A stretch of 64,000 nt of DNA, taken from the NCBI GenBank assembly GCA_045634745.1, contig JAZRAX010000028.1:1674-65673 (forward strand), written 5' to 3'. The position numbers and the translations under genes are program-made. The stretch comes from Acetatifactor sp. Its GTDB lineage: Bacteria; Bacillota; Clostridia; Lachnospirales; Lachnospiraceae. Under the pieces are notes generated by a model, which did no database searches, was not told the DNA's origin, and worked only from the letters and a program-made list of their open reading frames with translations. This document shows, piece by piece, positions 20,010 to 29,570 of this stretch (position 1 is the first letter of the stretch; each line of letters opens with the position of its first letter).

Positions 20010-20557
20010 ATGCGCTTCCACTTGTTTTCCCATTGTTCTTTCGTCATATAATTCGTATGTCCAACTCTTATTTCCTTCATCAAGGGTACCGGCACTTCTT
20101 GACAAGTATGGTGATAAATAAATCCCACTTTTTCCTGCACACGCTTTGACTTATTATTCCCTTCATAATAGCCGCACCAAATAGTAGCCATTCCAAGATC
20201 TTCAAATCCATGACGCAGAATTTCATTTGCCGCTTCCGGCATATATCCTCTTCCCCAAAATGGTTTTCCAAGCCAATATCCCAGTTCACATTCATCATCT
20301 TTTTCCGTCATATCCGTATGACCATTCAGTTTAAGTTCAATTGCACCAATTGCTATATTGCTCCCCTTTTCGCAAATGGCATAACACTCCGCACCATTAA
20401 AAACATTTCTTATAATATTCAAGCTTTCTGCAACGTTTTTATGCGGCGGCCATCCCGCAATCGGACCAATAGCCGGATCCTTAGCATATTCATACAAACT
20501 TTCTGCATCGCTCTCCTTCCAATGACGCAAAACCAATCTATCCGTTTCTAATATCAT
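20006..20557 (-). CDS. GNAT N-acetyltransferase, RimJ/RimL-like
   Basis: MILETDRLVLRHW, ELGYWLGKPFWGRGYMPEA and N..S.RVQEKVGF. Confidence 0.9.
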   Translation of the reverse strand: MILETDRLVLRHWKESDAESLYEYAKDPAIGPIAGWPPHKNVAESLNIIRNVFNGAECYAICEKGSNIAIGAIELKLNGHTDMTEKDDECELGYWLGKPFWGRGYMPEAANEILRHGFEDLGMATIWCGYYEGNNKSKRVQEKVGFIYHHTCQEVPVPLMKEIRVGHTNYMTKEQWENKWKRI

Positions 20558-20614
20558 ATTATTTCTCCCTCATTTTTACTATCTCTGTTTGAATCAATCC
20601 ACCGGCGAGTCATT

Positions 20615-21367
20615 CTATTTCCTATACAAATACAACACATATGTATCCTGAAATACTATTCGATTTCCAAATTTTACAATCGCATTACGAATCCCCTCAA
20701 AGAAAGGTTCTCGGCAATCTTCTTTAATCGCCGTATGGTCTGAATGTGTATGGATATATTCAATATACTCATCCGCAGTAAACTCTCGCCGCCCATAAAA
20801 CTCCTTTCTACCAAGGTATTGCAAACCATAGCTCGCACCATTTTCATAGTCAAATTTACATCTATAAGGATTCTCAGGCTTAAAATATTTATCATATATT
20901 TTCTGAATAGCCGCATACATCTCAGGATTGGGCGTCCGGTATTCCCCACGTGTCAGAAACATAGCCAAATATCCACCTTCCTTCAACATATTCACACACT
21001 TTCTATATGCAACATCTTCACCAATCCATTGAATCGTCGCGGCAGAATATACAAGGTCATAGGCGTTTTCTCCAAAATCATATGTTTCAAAATCTGCATT
21101 CACAATATTAAAGTTAGGATATTTGGCGTATTTATTTTTCATAAACGTAGCCAGATTTTCTCCTAATTCAATCGCCGTATAATCGCATCCTGTTTGTAAT
21201 GCAAAATCCGTTGCCTGTCCGGTCCCCGGACCGATTTCCAGACACTTTTTACTTTTATTAAGCTCACATTCTTTTACTAAATAATCAAATAGCTCCTGAC
21301 TATAGCGACACCTCCATTTATCAAAGATGTCCGTAATTTTATCAAAGACTAATCTATTGTCCGCCAT
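20615..21367 (-). CDS. Class I SAM-dependent methyltransferase
   Basis: LEIGPGTGQ, IVNADFE and YDLVYSAATIQWI. Start at ATG 21367 (GGAGG RBS). Confidence 0.9.
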   Translation of the reverse strand: MADNRLVFDKITDIFDKWRCRYSQELFDYLVKECELNKSKKCLEIGPGTGQATDFALQTGCDYTAIELGENLATFMKNKYAKYPNFNIVNADFETYDFGENAYDLVYSAATIQWIGEDVAYRKCVNMLKEGGYLAMFLTRGEYRTPNPEMYAAIQKIYDKYFKPENPYRCKFDYENGASYGLQYLGRKEFYGRREFTADEYIEYIHTHSDHTAIKEDCREPFFEGIRNAIVKFGNRIVFQDTYVLYLYRK

Positions 21368-21412
21368 GTTGTCACCTCCACTGATTGCTTTTATCTGCAC
21401 AAAGTCATGTGC

Positions 21413-21868
21413 TTATTTATTCTCCACCTTCCACTCATTATCCTCCAACCAATGATAGTTCTCTGATAAATTGTCGTTATCAAACACTTCAAACATCTTT
21501 TCAAAACCATCCGCAAGAGTATATTTACTTAACTCCCTTTTATCAATCCAAAACACTTCTCCTTCTTCAGAAGCATTTAACTCACCAGAATATGTATTTG
21601 TCTTATAAAAGAATACAATATACCGATACTTTCCTGTTCTATGTGACCATTGCTTCACGCCGCATAGCCGCACGTCTGCAATATCCAAGCCTGTTTCTTC
21701 CTTTACCTCTCTAATCACAGATTCCACAAAAGATTCCTGCGGTTCAATATGCCCGCCCAGAAACGTGATTCCCGGCCAGTCAGGATTCTTCCTGTCTTGC
21801 ACTAAAATTCTATCCCCATCATATACCATGCACATATTTGTCAATATACATACTTCTTCTCTTGCCAT
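21413..21868 (-). CDS. NUDIX hydrolase (MutT-like)
   Basis: Nudix box GGHIEPQESFVESVIREVKEETG. Confidence 0.92.
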   Translation of the reverse strand: MAREEVCILTNMCMVYDGDRILVQDRKNPDWPGITFLGGHIEPQESFVESVIREVKEETGLDIADVRLCGVKQWSHRTGKYRYIVFFYKTNTYSGELNASEEGEVFWIDKRELSKYTLADGFEKMFEVFDNDNLSENYHWLEDNEWKVENK

Positions 21869-21872
21869 AGTT

Positions 21873-22352
21873 TTATCCTCTATCTAATTTATTCTCCAGA
21901 CTCATCACATAAATCTGACAAGGATTCCATTCATCCCACAAAGTCGGCAAAACTTCAAATTCTTTAAATCCCATACTCAGATAAAACAGATTTGTCCTAT
22001 CATAGTCTTCATATACTCCCATTTTCACGGTTTTTACCTGCATAAAGGCATATCCTTTTTCGTAAGCCGTCTTTTTTGCCAGCATGAATAATTCTCTTCC
22101 TATGCCACGATGATGATACTCTTTTCGTACTCCCATAACGGCCAGCTCCACCGTTGCATTACCGGTTTCCTTTAGACATAAAAATCCCACTGCCTCTTCT
22201 TCATCATATGCGCCGAAACAGATTTGCTGTGCACTTTCCATAATATATTGTTCTCTTGCCTCCTCAATTCCAAACCAGTCAGGCAACGCTTCTAATATGT
22301 TCCTTGCAAGTATTTTCTTTCGCTCTTTATCATTAATAATTTGAAAATTCAA
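21873..22352 (-). CDS. GNAT N-acetyltransferase
   Basis: ARNILEALPDWFG, VMGVRKEYHHRGIG and NLFYLSMGF. Likely TTG start at 22352 behind AAGGAG. Confidence 0.85.
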   Translation of the reverse strand: MNFQIINDKERKKILARNILEALPDWFGIEEAREQYIMESAQQICFGAYDEEEAVGFLCLKETGNATVELAVMGVRKEYHHRGIGRELFMLAKKTAYEKGYAFMQVKTVKMGVYEDYDRTNLFYLSMGFKEFEVLPTLWDEWNPCQIYVMSLENKLDRG

Positions 22353-22463
22353 TTGCTTTCTCCTTTTGCACATTATCATATCAGTAATCACTTCTAGCAC
22401 AAATATATTTCTTATTCATGATACCACACCTCTTCGTTTCCGAAAAGAAAATTATATTCTCAC

Positions 22464-22492
22464 TTGCACATTTACTTTAAATATGTTTTAAT
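22464..22492 (+). promoter_or_regulatory. Sigma-A promoter candidate for the nuclease-like gene
   Basis: TTGCAC-N17-TTTAAT with a TG extension. Confidence 0.6.
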
Positions 22493-22539
22493 ACACATTA
22501 CAACCATTAACATTTCATCTTTAGAAAGGAGGCGTCTCT

Positions 22540-23316
22540 ACGCTTTACGAACGAATTTTAACGGAACACAAACGACTTGAAAATCAAATTAATGTCATTC
22601 AACAGGACATCGAAAATCTGCCGGAAGGTAAACTAATCTGTTGTCATCATAACAATCACTGCAAATGGTATCAAAGTGACGGTCATAAAAAAGTCTACAT
22701 TCCCAAAAGCAATCCCTTATTGGCAATGCAACTTGCACGCAAAAAATATTTAACTCTTAAACTGGAAGATTTAGAAAACGAAAAACATGCTCTTGGGTTT
22801 TATTTACGGCATCATGCACCTACCGACAAATCAGACATTCTTCTATCAGAACCATCTGAATATCAGAAGCTTTTAGTTCCACAGTTTACATCTTTTTCAG
22901 ACGATATTTCACATTGGATTGAATCCTCCTATGAACAAAATCCTTCCCATCCCGAACGATTAATTTACAAAAGCATTTCGGGTCATTTGTTGCGCTCGAA
23001 ATCCGAGATGATGATTGATATGATGCTGTATCAGCACAAAATCCCTTTTCGCTATGAATGTGCCCTAACTTTAAATGAAGCAGTGCTTTACCCGGATTTT
23101 ACCATTCGTCATCCTCAAACCGGAGAATACTATTATTGGGAGCATTTCGGTCTGATGGACCAACCCGACTATGCTGCCAAGACCTTTTACAAGTTGCGTT
23201 TATATACGGAGCATGGTATTGTTCCCGGCATCCATCTAATTACTACTTATGAAACACTAGAACGCCCTCTCAGTACGGAGATGGTAGAGAAAATCATAGA
23301 ATATTATTTTACTTAG
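22540..23316 (+). CDS. Putative PD-(D/E)xK / Vsr-DUF559-like nuclease, 258 aa, apparent ACG start
   Basis: The frame is open for 60 codons upstream of the track's TTG (22720), back to an ACG 7 nt after AGGAGG. The N-terminus is coiled-coil-like. The C-terminal motif RSKSE...IPFRYE...YPDFTI...YWEHFG is a nuclease-type pattern. Confidence 0.65.
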   Translation, partial: TLYERILTEHKRLENQINVIQQDIENLPEGKLICCHHNNHCKWYQSDGHKKVYIPKSNPLLAMQLARKKYLTLKLEDLENEKHALGFYLRHHAPTDKSDILLSEPSEYQKLLVPQFTSFSDDISHWIESSYEQNPSHPERLIYKSISGHLLRSKSEMMIDMMLYQHKIPFRYECALTLNEAVLYPDFTIRHPQTGEYYYWEHFGLMDQPDYAAKTFYKLRLYTEHGIVPGIHLITTYETLERPLSTEMVEKIIEYYFT

Positions 23317-23332
23317 TACCAATGAGCTGATT

Positions 23333-23582
23333 TTCGGTCTATACAAAATTTTTGTATTTCTGGAATCCCTTTTCCCCTTATTTTGCTCCAAAAACATCTG
23401 AATTATGGACACTTGCGGTCTATGGAAAAAAAATCACCCGTGGGATACCACTTTTTCAGAAAAGTGCGGTCTCACCAACATATTTTTCTACATAGACCTA
23501 CGAAATGGTATTTTCCACACAAAAATGCACTAAATTTGTACAAAATGGATTCCAACGAAACATTTTTCCTGCATAGACCGCA
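23333..23582. repeat. 250-bp palindromic element, copy B (direct repeat of copy A)
   Basis: The same motifs are all offset by exactly 3768 bp from copy A. A manual ungapped alignment gave 183/250 identities. Confidence 0.9.
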
Positions 23583-23603
23583 CAAATCCAAAATTCACTT
23601 TAA

Positions 23604-23690
23604 AATACACCAATAGCCCTTACTACACGCAACGTTTCACATCAGAATACACTAATAGCCCTTACTGCACGTAACAATTCACATCAGAAT
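23604..23690. repeat. 42-bp imperfect tandem duplication
   Basis: AATACACCAATAGCCCTTACTACACGCAACGTTTCACATCAG followed by AATACACTAATAGCCCTTACTGCACGTAACAATTCACATCAG. Confidence 0.9.
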
Positions 23691-23715
23691 GTGTCAATGG
23701 CATATTGGGAACCAT

Positions 23716-23744
23716 AAAAAGGCGCACCACCGAAGCGATGCGCC
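23716..23744 (-). terminator. Terminator after the MATE gene
   Basis: GGCGCA...TGCGCC hairpin followed by a T-run on the minus strand. Confidence 0.6.
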
Positions 23745-23812
23745 CTCAAAAATAAGTACGGGGATACTTATATTTTTCTAATTTAATTGCTTATTGCATT
23801 ACGCTATGTACA

Positions 23813-25171
23813 CTACCCTTTATACTTTCTTCTGACAATCAAGAAGCAAATCGTATGAGCCGCCAATGTCACGCCCCAAGAAATCGGATACGCATAGTAA
23901 ATGGTTTGTATAGTATGGAACGCCGGATTCTGAAATAGTATAGTAATCCATGCCACTCGGAATGCACATACCCCCAGCAGGGATACAATCATGGGCATTA
24001 CGGAATGTCCCAAACCTCGCAATGCACCAGCCATGACATCCATGGCACCATATATAATATGTAAGGTACACGCAATAGAAATTCGTACCATGCCGGCTTC
24101 AATTACTTCTGCACTGTTAGAGTAGAGCCCTAGTAATGACCTGCCACTCAAATAAGCAATTGCACCCATGGTACCATCTACCACTACCACGCACATTAAT
24201 ATAGTACCCAGAATCTTGTTAACTCTATCATATTTACCGGCACCCACATTTTGGCTGACAAAGGCAACCGTCGCCTGCGACAATGCCTTAATAGCCATAG
24301 CTAAAAAGCTTTCAATATTTTGTGCCGCCGCATTGCCTGCCATGATTACATTTCCAAAACTGTTAATAGAAGACTGTACCACTACATTTGACAGGGAAAA
24401 CATAGAACTTTGAATCCCTGCAGGCACACCAATTTTCAAGGTATCAATTAAAATACCTTTATCAATTCCCAGATACTTACGCTCCAAACGAATGGAACCG
24501 CTTTCCTTTGCTAAACAGCGAATTACCAATACAGCGGAAATACACTGGGAAATTACTGTAGCAATCGCTACACCTGCCACATCCATGTGGAAAACAATCA
24601 CAAATAGCAGATTCAATACTACATTTACTACACCCGCAAAGGTCAGGTAGTATAGGGGACGCTTGGTATCTCCCACACCTCTGAGAATCGCTGCGCCAAA
24701 ATTATAAAGCATGCTAGCTGGCATACCCAGAAAATAAATCCTCAAATATAGCGTAGCTAGGTCAATTACCTCCGGTGGGGATTGTGTCCATATTAAAAGT
24801 TGCTTCGCAGCAAGTCCGCCTACGGCAATAAGCACAATACCACAAACGATGCTAAGCGTAATAGCCGTATGAACGGTTTTTCTCAATTCTTCTTCCCGCT
24901 TACCGGCAAAATATCTTGCCGCCAATACATTGGTACCAATGGACAACCCCATGAACACATTGACAATCAAATTCACAATAGGACCATTAGAGCCTACTGC
25001 CGCCAGCGAATTATCTCCGGCAAACTTGCCCACTACCATTACATCCACAGCATTAAAAAGTAACTGTAAAATACTGGACGCAATCAGCGGAAGGGAAAAT
25101 AAAATTATTTTTTTCAAAATGGGCCCTTCGCACAGGTCCATGGTATATTTTTTTGCAACTTTTTCTGCCAT
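23813..25171 (-). CDS. MATE family efflux transporter
   Basis: MDLCEGPILKKI, LRGVGDTKRPLY..NVVLN and about 12 TM helices. Start at ATG 25171. Confidence 0.93.
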   Translation of the reverse strand: MAEKVAKKYTMDLCEGPILKKIILFSLPLIASSILQLLFNAVDVMVVGKFAGDNSLAAVGSNGPIVNLIVNVFMGLSIGTNVLAARYFAGKREEELRKTVHTAITLSIVCGIVLIAVGGLAAKQLLIWTQSPPEVIDLATLYLRIYFLGMPASMLYNFGAAILRGVGDTKRPLYYLTFAGVVNVVLNLLFVIVFHMDVAGVAIATVISQCISAVLVIRCLAKESGSIRLERKYLGIDKGILIDTLKIGVPAGIQSSMFSLSNVVVQSSINSFGNVIMAGNAAAQNIESFLAMAIKALSQATVAFVSQNVGAGKYDRVNKILGTILMCVVVVDGTMGAIAYLSGRSLLGLYSNSAEVIEAGMVRISIACTLHIIYGAMDVMAGALRGLGHSVMPMIVSLLGVCAFRVAWITILFQNPAFHTIQTIYYAYPISWGVTLAAHTICFLIVRRKYKG

Positions 25172-25245
25172 GTTCTGTTCCTTACGTACAATAAAACTAC
25201 TTAACAGATAAATAATATCTGCCTCCAATGGTTGAGCGCTTTAAC

Positions 25246-26082
25246 TTACGCTTCATCCCACAATCCCTGGAAATACTTACGTGCCTCCACTGCATTTTCC
25301 GGCACGGTATTTTCCAAGGTTACATGAATATATGGTTTCTGCGTCTTGATAAACTTCACTATTTCTGTATAATCCATCATACCGGTTCCGGCTGCTACCG
25401 AAACCATCTTGCCATCTTCTATCACAAAATCTTTAATGTGTACCATCGCAATATCCTTACCCAAAAGCTCAATGGCCTCATGAATAATGGATTCTCTCTG
25501 TTCATAATTCCACATTTCCAGTAAATTTACCGGATCAAAAATAATCTGTAAATTAGGAGACGCAATGGTATCCAACACTTTTCGCGCACGCTTAGGGCTA
25601 CATACAATGTGTCTGCAAACCGGCTCAATGGCCAAAATCACGCCCATCTTCTCTGCGTATTCCACAATAGGACGCAGATTCTCAATAAAAATCTCCAAAG
25701 CTTCCTCGGAGAAATTTGCCTCTTCCGTGGCATACTTTTCATTGACCGCACCGGTTTCAGTTCCCACTACACCTACACCCAAAAGAGATGCAAAACGGAT
25801 ATGTGCCAGATATTTTTCCTGAATTTTCTTTAAGCTTTCCTTATTTGGATTGCCCAAATTCAAATAACACCCGAGCACCGCAATATCCAACTCATTTTTT
25901 TGAAAAAGACGCTTTAAGTACATAGCAAAGCCCGGTGTCAACGCGCTGTTGTCCACCGAGTATTCGCTAATCACCTTGGATAATGCCAGATGACCACAGG
26001 CAAAGCCTTGCTCTCTGGCAATTTCCAAGCGTCTTTCTAAGGTCGTTTTTTCAATATCATGCAAACGAATTCCTAACTGCAT
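25246..26082 (-). CDS. Sugar phosphate isomerase/epimerase (xylose-isomerase-like TIM barrel)
   Basis: LAIEPV, IIFDPVN, VHIKD and VTLEN metal-binding pattern. Confidence 0.8.
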   Translation of the reverse strand: MQLGIRLHDIEKTTLERRLEIAREQGFACGHLALSKVISEYSVDNSALTPGFAMYLKRLFQKNELDIAVLGCYLNLGNPNKESLKKIQEKYLAHIRFASLLGVGVVGTETGAVNEKYATEEANFSEEALEIFIENLRPIVEYAEKMGVILAIEPVCRHIVCSPKRARKVLDTIASPNLQIIFDPVNLLEMWNYEQRESIIHEAIELLGKDIAMVHIKDFVIEDGKMVSVAAGTGMMDYTEIVKFIKTQKPYIHVTLENTVPENAVEARKYFQGLWDEA

Positions 26083-26094
26083 AGTATCACCCGA

Positions 26095-26898
26095 TTATGA
26101 AGGCTGCTTTCCAATGTAAGCTAAAATACCGCCATCTACGTAAAGAATGTGACCATTTACTGCGTTAGATGCTTCAGAAGCAAGGAATACTGCAGGACCG
26201 GTTAACTCTTCCGGCTTTAACCATCTGTCTGCAGGAGTCTTTGCACAGATGAACTGGTCGAAAGGATGTCTGCTTCCATCCGGCTGAATCTCACGAAGAG
26301 GTGCAGTCTGAGGAGTCTCAATATAACCGGGGCCAAGGCCGTTACACTGAATGTTGTACTGGCCGTACTCGGAACAAATATTCTTGGTAAGCATCTTTAA
26401 GCCACCCTTTGCTGCAGCATATGCAGAAACGGTTTCACGACCAAGCTCTGACATCATAGAACAGATATTGATAATCTTTCCTGCTCTTCTCTCCATCATG
26501 GAAGGAATAACTGCCTTTGCCATGATGAAAGGTCCGTTTAAGTCAATGTCGATAACCTGTCTGAACTGAGCTGCACTCATCTCATGCATAGGAATACGCT
26601 TAATAATACCTGCATTGTTAACTAAAATATCAATAGGGCCAACTTCGCTGGCAATCTGAGCTACCATAGCCTGTACCTGCTCTTCATTGGTAACATCACA
26701 TACATATCCGTGAGCCTTGATGCCTTTTTCTGCGTAAGCCGCAATACCCTTATCTACCAATTCCTGATTGATATCGTTAAAGCATACTGTTGCACCAGCT
26801 TCTGCGTATGCAGATGCAATTGCGAAACCAATACCATAAGATGCTCCTGTTACAAGAGCGATTTTGCCTTCCAAAGAAAAGTTTGTAAATGCTGACAT
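26095..26898 (-). CDS. kduD: SDR of the gluconate 5-dehydrogenase / 2-deoxy-gluconate 3-dehydrogenase group
   Basis: TGASYGIG, NNAG and YAAAK. The pectin context favours a KduD role; the IdnO label is also possible. Confidence 0.7.
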   Translation of the reverse strand: MSAFTNFSLEGKIALVTGASYGIGFAIASAYAEAGATVCFNDINQELVDKGIAAYAEKGIKAHGYVCDVTNEEQVQAMVAQIASEVGPIDILVNNAGIIKRIPMHEMSAAQFRQVIDIDLNGPFIMAKAVIPSMMERRAGKIINICSMMSELGRETVSAYAAAKGGLKMLTKNICSEYGQYNIQCNGLGPGYIETPQTAPLREIQPDGSRHPFDQFICAKTPADRWLKPEELTGPAVFLASEASNAVNGHILYVDGGILAYIGKQPS

Positions 26899-26925
26899 AA
26901 TTTTTCCCTCCAATAAATTAATGAA

Positions 26926-28296
26926 TTATAATGTTACACCTGCTTTAAATATGGATATCTCTCTGTATCCATGAATTTCATTCTTCGTTTCCTTACCGTT
27001 TGCCACCTCTACAATAAACTCAAACAGTTCATTTGTAAGTGGATTACCCTCCAAGGTAGGGCTAGCATCAAAGTCAATCCAATTGGCCTTTCTCTCTGCC
27101 AAACCATGATTGGTTGCAATCTTTACGGTAGGAACCGCACTACCAACCGGCGTTCCACGACCGGTAGTAAAAAGTACCATGTGTACTCCGGCTGCCATTA
27201 AGTTTGTAATAGCTACAATATCGTTACCCGGACCATTTAACAAAGATAAACCGTTCTTGCTCAGTCTGTCGCCGTAATCAAGTACATCCACTACCTTTGA
27301 CAAGCCGCCCTTTTGGATACAACCCAAGGACTTTTCTTCCAAAGTAGTAATACCACCCTTTTTGTTACCTGGGGAAGGATTTTCGTAGATTACCTGATTG
27401 TGTCTTGCATAGTAATCCTTAAAGTTATTGATTAGTGCTACAGTCTTATCAAAAACCTCTTCATTTTCACATCTCTGCATTAAAAGATGCTCTGCACCGA
27501 ACATTTCCGGTACTTCTGTCAGTACACAGCTTCCGCCCATAGCAATTACCTTGTCGGAAAGTCTGCCTACCAAAGGATTTGCAGTAATTCCACTGTAACC
27601 GTCACTACCGCCACACTTTAATCCTACTTTTAACTTAGATACAGAAACCTCAGTACGCTTAAAGGTGTCTGCATAAGCCTGTAATTCTTTTACAATCTTA
27701 ATGCCGTCTGCCACTTCATCACTGCTGTCCTGACAGTTTAAGAATTTCACTCTTCTATCGTCCCAGGTTTCCAACACGCCCTTAAATACATCAATATTAT
27801 TATTCTCACAACCAAGTCCTAATACTAACACGCCTGCTGCATTGGGATGATTTACCATGCCTGCTAAAATCTTCTGTGTAGTCGCCTGATCATCGCCCAT
27901 CTGGGAACATCCAAAAGGATGTGGAAAGCTTCTGGCACCGGTAGCTGCTGCGATGGCTTCTGCTACCTTATTAACACAACCAACCGTATTTACAATCCAC
28001 ACTTCATTACGGATACCTACTTCACCGTTCTCACGAACATAACCCATAAAGGTACGATTTTTGTCTTCTTCTGCAATATCATAAAAACAAGGTGTGTATG
28101 TATATTCCAGATTACCGGACAAATTGGTCTTGGTATTGTGGGTGTGCACATGCTCACCCTTTTTAATATCACAGGTAGCGTGTCCGATAGGGTTACCATA
28201 TTTAATGATGTTTTCCCCTTCTGCAATGTCTCTCAACGCATACTTGTGACCGTCTTCTAAATTAATATCAACATTATCAAGCTGATTAATTAGCAT
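26926..28296 (-). CDS. uxaA: Altronate dehydratase
   Basis: SAF domain (GHKYAL..IKYG), HPFGCSQ, GLKCGGSDG, PSPGNKKGG and FTTGRG. Confidence 0.92.
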   Translation of the reverse strand: MLINQLDNVDINLEDGHKYALRDIAEGENIIKYGNPIGHATCDIKKGEHVHTHNTKTNLSGNLEYTYTPCFYDIAEEDKNRTFMGYVRENGEVGIRNEVWIVNTVGCVNKVAEAIAAATGARSFPHPFGCSQMGDDQATTQKILAGMVNHPNAAGVLVLGLGCENNNIDVFKGVLETWDDRRVKFLNCQDSSDEVADGIKIVKELQAYADTFKRTEVSVSKLKVGLKCGGSDGYSGITANPLVGRLSDKVIAMGGSCVLTEVPEMFGAEHLLMQRCENEEVFDKTVALINNFKDYYARHNQVIYENPSPGNKKGGITTLEEKSLGCIQKGGLSKVVDVLDYGDRLSKNGLSLLNGPGNDIVAITNLMAAGVHMVLFTTGRGTPVGSAVPTVKIATNHGLAERKANWIDFDASPTLEGNPLTNELFEFIVEVANGKETKNEIHGYREISIFKAGVTL

Positions 28297-29570
28297 TTTT
28301 CAATCTCCTTTGCAAGATAAGAGAGGTCTTCGCCCCAAAGGTCTGCATTTGCCAGAATTTCTTCTGTGTTATGATTCTTCATAAATTCGATAACGTCTGC
28401 GTCATCGTTCGTCATATCCGTCTTGTAGAACTCAATCAATTTCTTGAAGGAGAACAACAAGGTTTCCGGCATCTTGTCATATCTCTTAATATACTCCAAA
28501 ATAGAAGGTAATACTCTTACCTTAAACTTGCTTACTGAGTTCAAAGCGATTGCTGATAAGTAATGCTTGATGTAAGGATTGCCAAAACGCTCCAATACAC
28601 TGTTTGCATATGCTTCCAATTCTTCCTTCGGCAAATCAAGTGTAGGAATGATTTCGTCAAATACACACTTTCTAATGTGCTCATACATTACCGGATCATC
28701 AATACAGCTCTTTACGGTGTCCTTACCGAAAAGAAGTGCATAAGGTACAAGTGAGGTGTGTGCACCATTTAAGATACGAACCTTTCTGGTACGGTACATT
28801 TCTAACTTGTCAGGAGTTACGATAACATTTAAGTTTGCTGCTGCAAATGGTAATTCCTTCTCTAAATCATAATCGGTTTCAATTACCCAGAGATGGAAGA
28901 ACTCAGAGGTATTTAACATATTGTCCTCATAATCAAGTCCTAAGTCCTCACCCTTCGGATATCCTGTATTAATACGGTCTACCAAGGTATTGGTAAATAC
29001 GTTTTCTTCCTCAACCCACTTCTTGAAATCATCGCCAAGCTCCCAGAGATCAGCGTACTGAAGAACACACTTCTTTAAGTTGTCACCGTTACGATTAATT
29101 AACTCACAAGGAAGGAAAATAAAGCCCTTCAAGCCTAATTCAAATCTCTTCTTTAACAGAAGGGTAACCTTTGCCGGGAAGGTCTTCGGAGGTGCATCTG
29201 TCACCTTATCGGTATCTGCAAATACAATACCGGACTCAGTTGTATTGGATACTACAAATCTAAAATCAGGGTTCTCAGCCAAAGCAAGATATGCATCAAA
29301 ATCTTCATAAGGCTTTACACATCTGGAAATAACATCTACGAGAGTCTTATCTACACCCTCAATACCACGAATTACATGAGTATATACACAATCCTGTGCA
29401 CTTAACATGTCGCACATACCGTTTTCGATAGGCTGTACAACAACTACATTACCATTAAAATCACTGCTTTCATTTACCTTCTGAAGCATCCAGTCAACAA
29501 AACCACGAAGGAATCCTCCTTCACCAAACTGAATTACTTTCTCCGGTCTACTTACCTTATTGAAGCTCAT
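28290..29570 (-). CDS. uxaB: Tagaturonate (altronate) reductase
   Basis: IQFGEGGFLRGF, SNTTESGI, LPCELI, TLVDRI and RKVRILNGAHT. Confidence 0.92.
   Translation of the reverse strand: MSFNKVSRPEKVIQFGEGGFLRGFVDWMLQKVNESSDFNGNVVVVQPIENGMCDMLSAQDCVYTHVIRGIEGVDKTLVDVISRCVKPYEDFDAYLALAENPDFRFVVSNTTESGIVFADTDKVTDAPPKTFPAKVTLLLKKRFELGLKGFIFLPCELINRNGDNLKKCVLQYADLWELGDDFKKWVEEENVFTNTLVDRINTGYPKGEDLGLDYEDNMLNTSEFFHLWVIETDYDLEKELPFAAANLNVIVTPDKLEMYRTRKVRILNGAHTSLVPYALLFGKDTVKSCIDDPVMYEHIRKCVFDEIIPTLDLPKEELEAYANSVLERFGNPYIKHYLSAIALNSVSKFKVRVLPSILEYIKRYDKMPETLLFSFKKLIEFYKTDMTNDDADVIEFMKNHNTEEILANADLWGEDLSYLAKEIEKC

Noticed and set aside
19565-23582. Reading the module as an integron or IS composite transposon
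   Set aside because: No tyrosine integrase or transposase is present, no attC-like sites lie between cargo genes, and the repeats only flank the block.
23383-23616. 77-aa ORF across element copy B (and ORF 19398-19631 across copy A)
   Set aside because: The equivalent frame in copy A hits TAA in the core, there is no RBS, and the sequence is explained by the DNA repeat.
23604-23690. 42-bp repeats as a mini CRISPR array
   Set aside because: The units are adjacent with no spacer, there are only two, and no cas genes are present.
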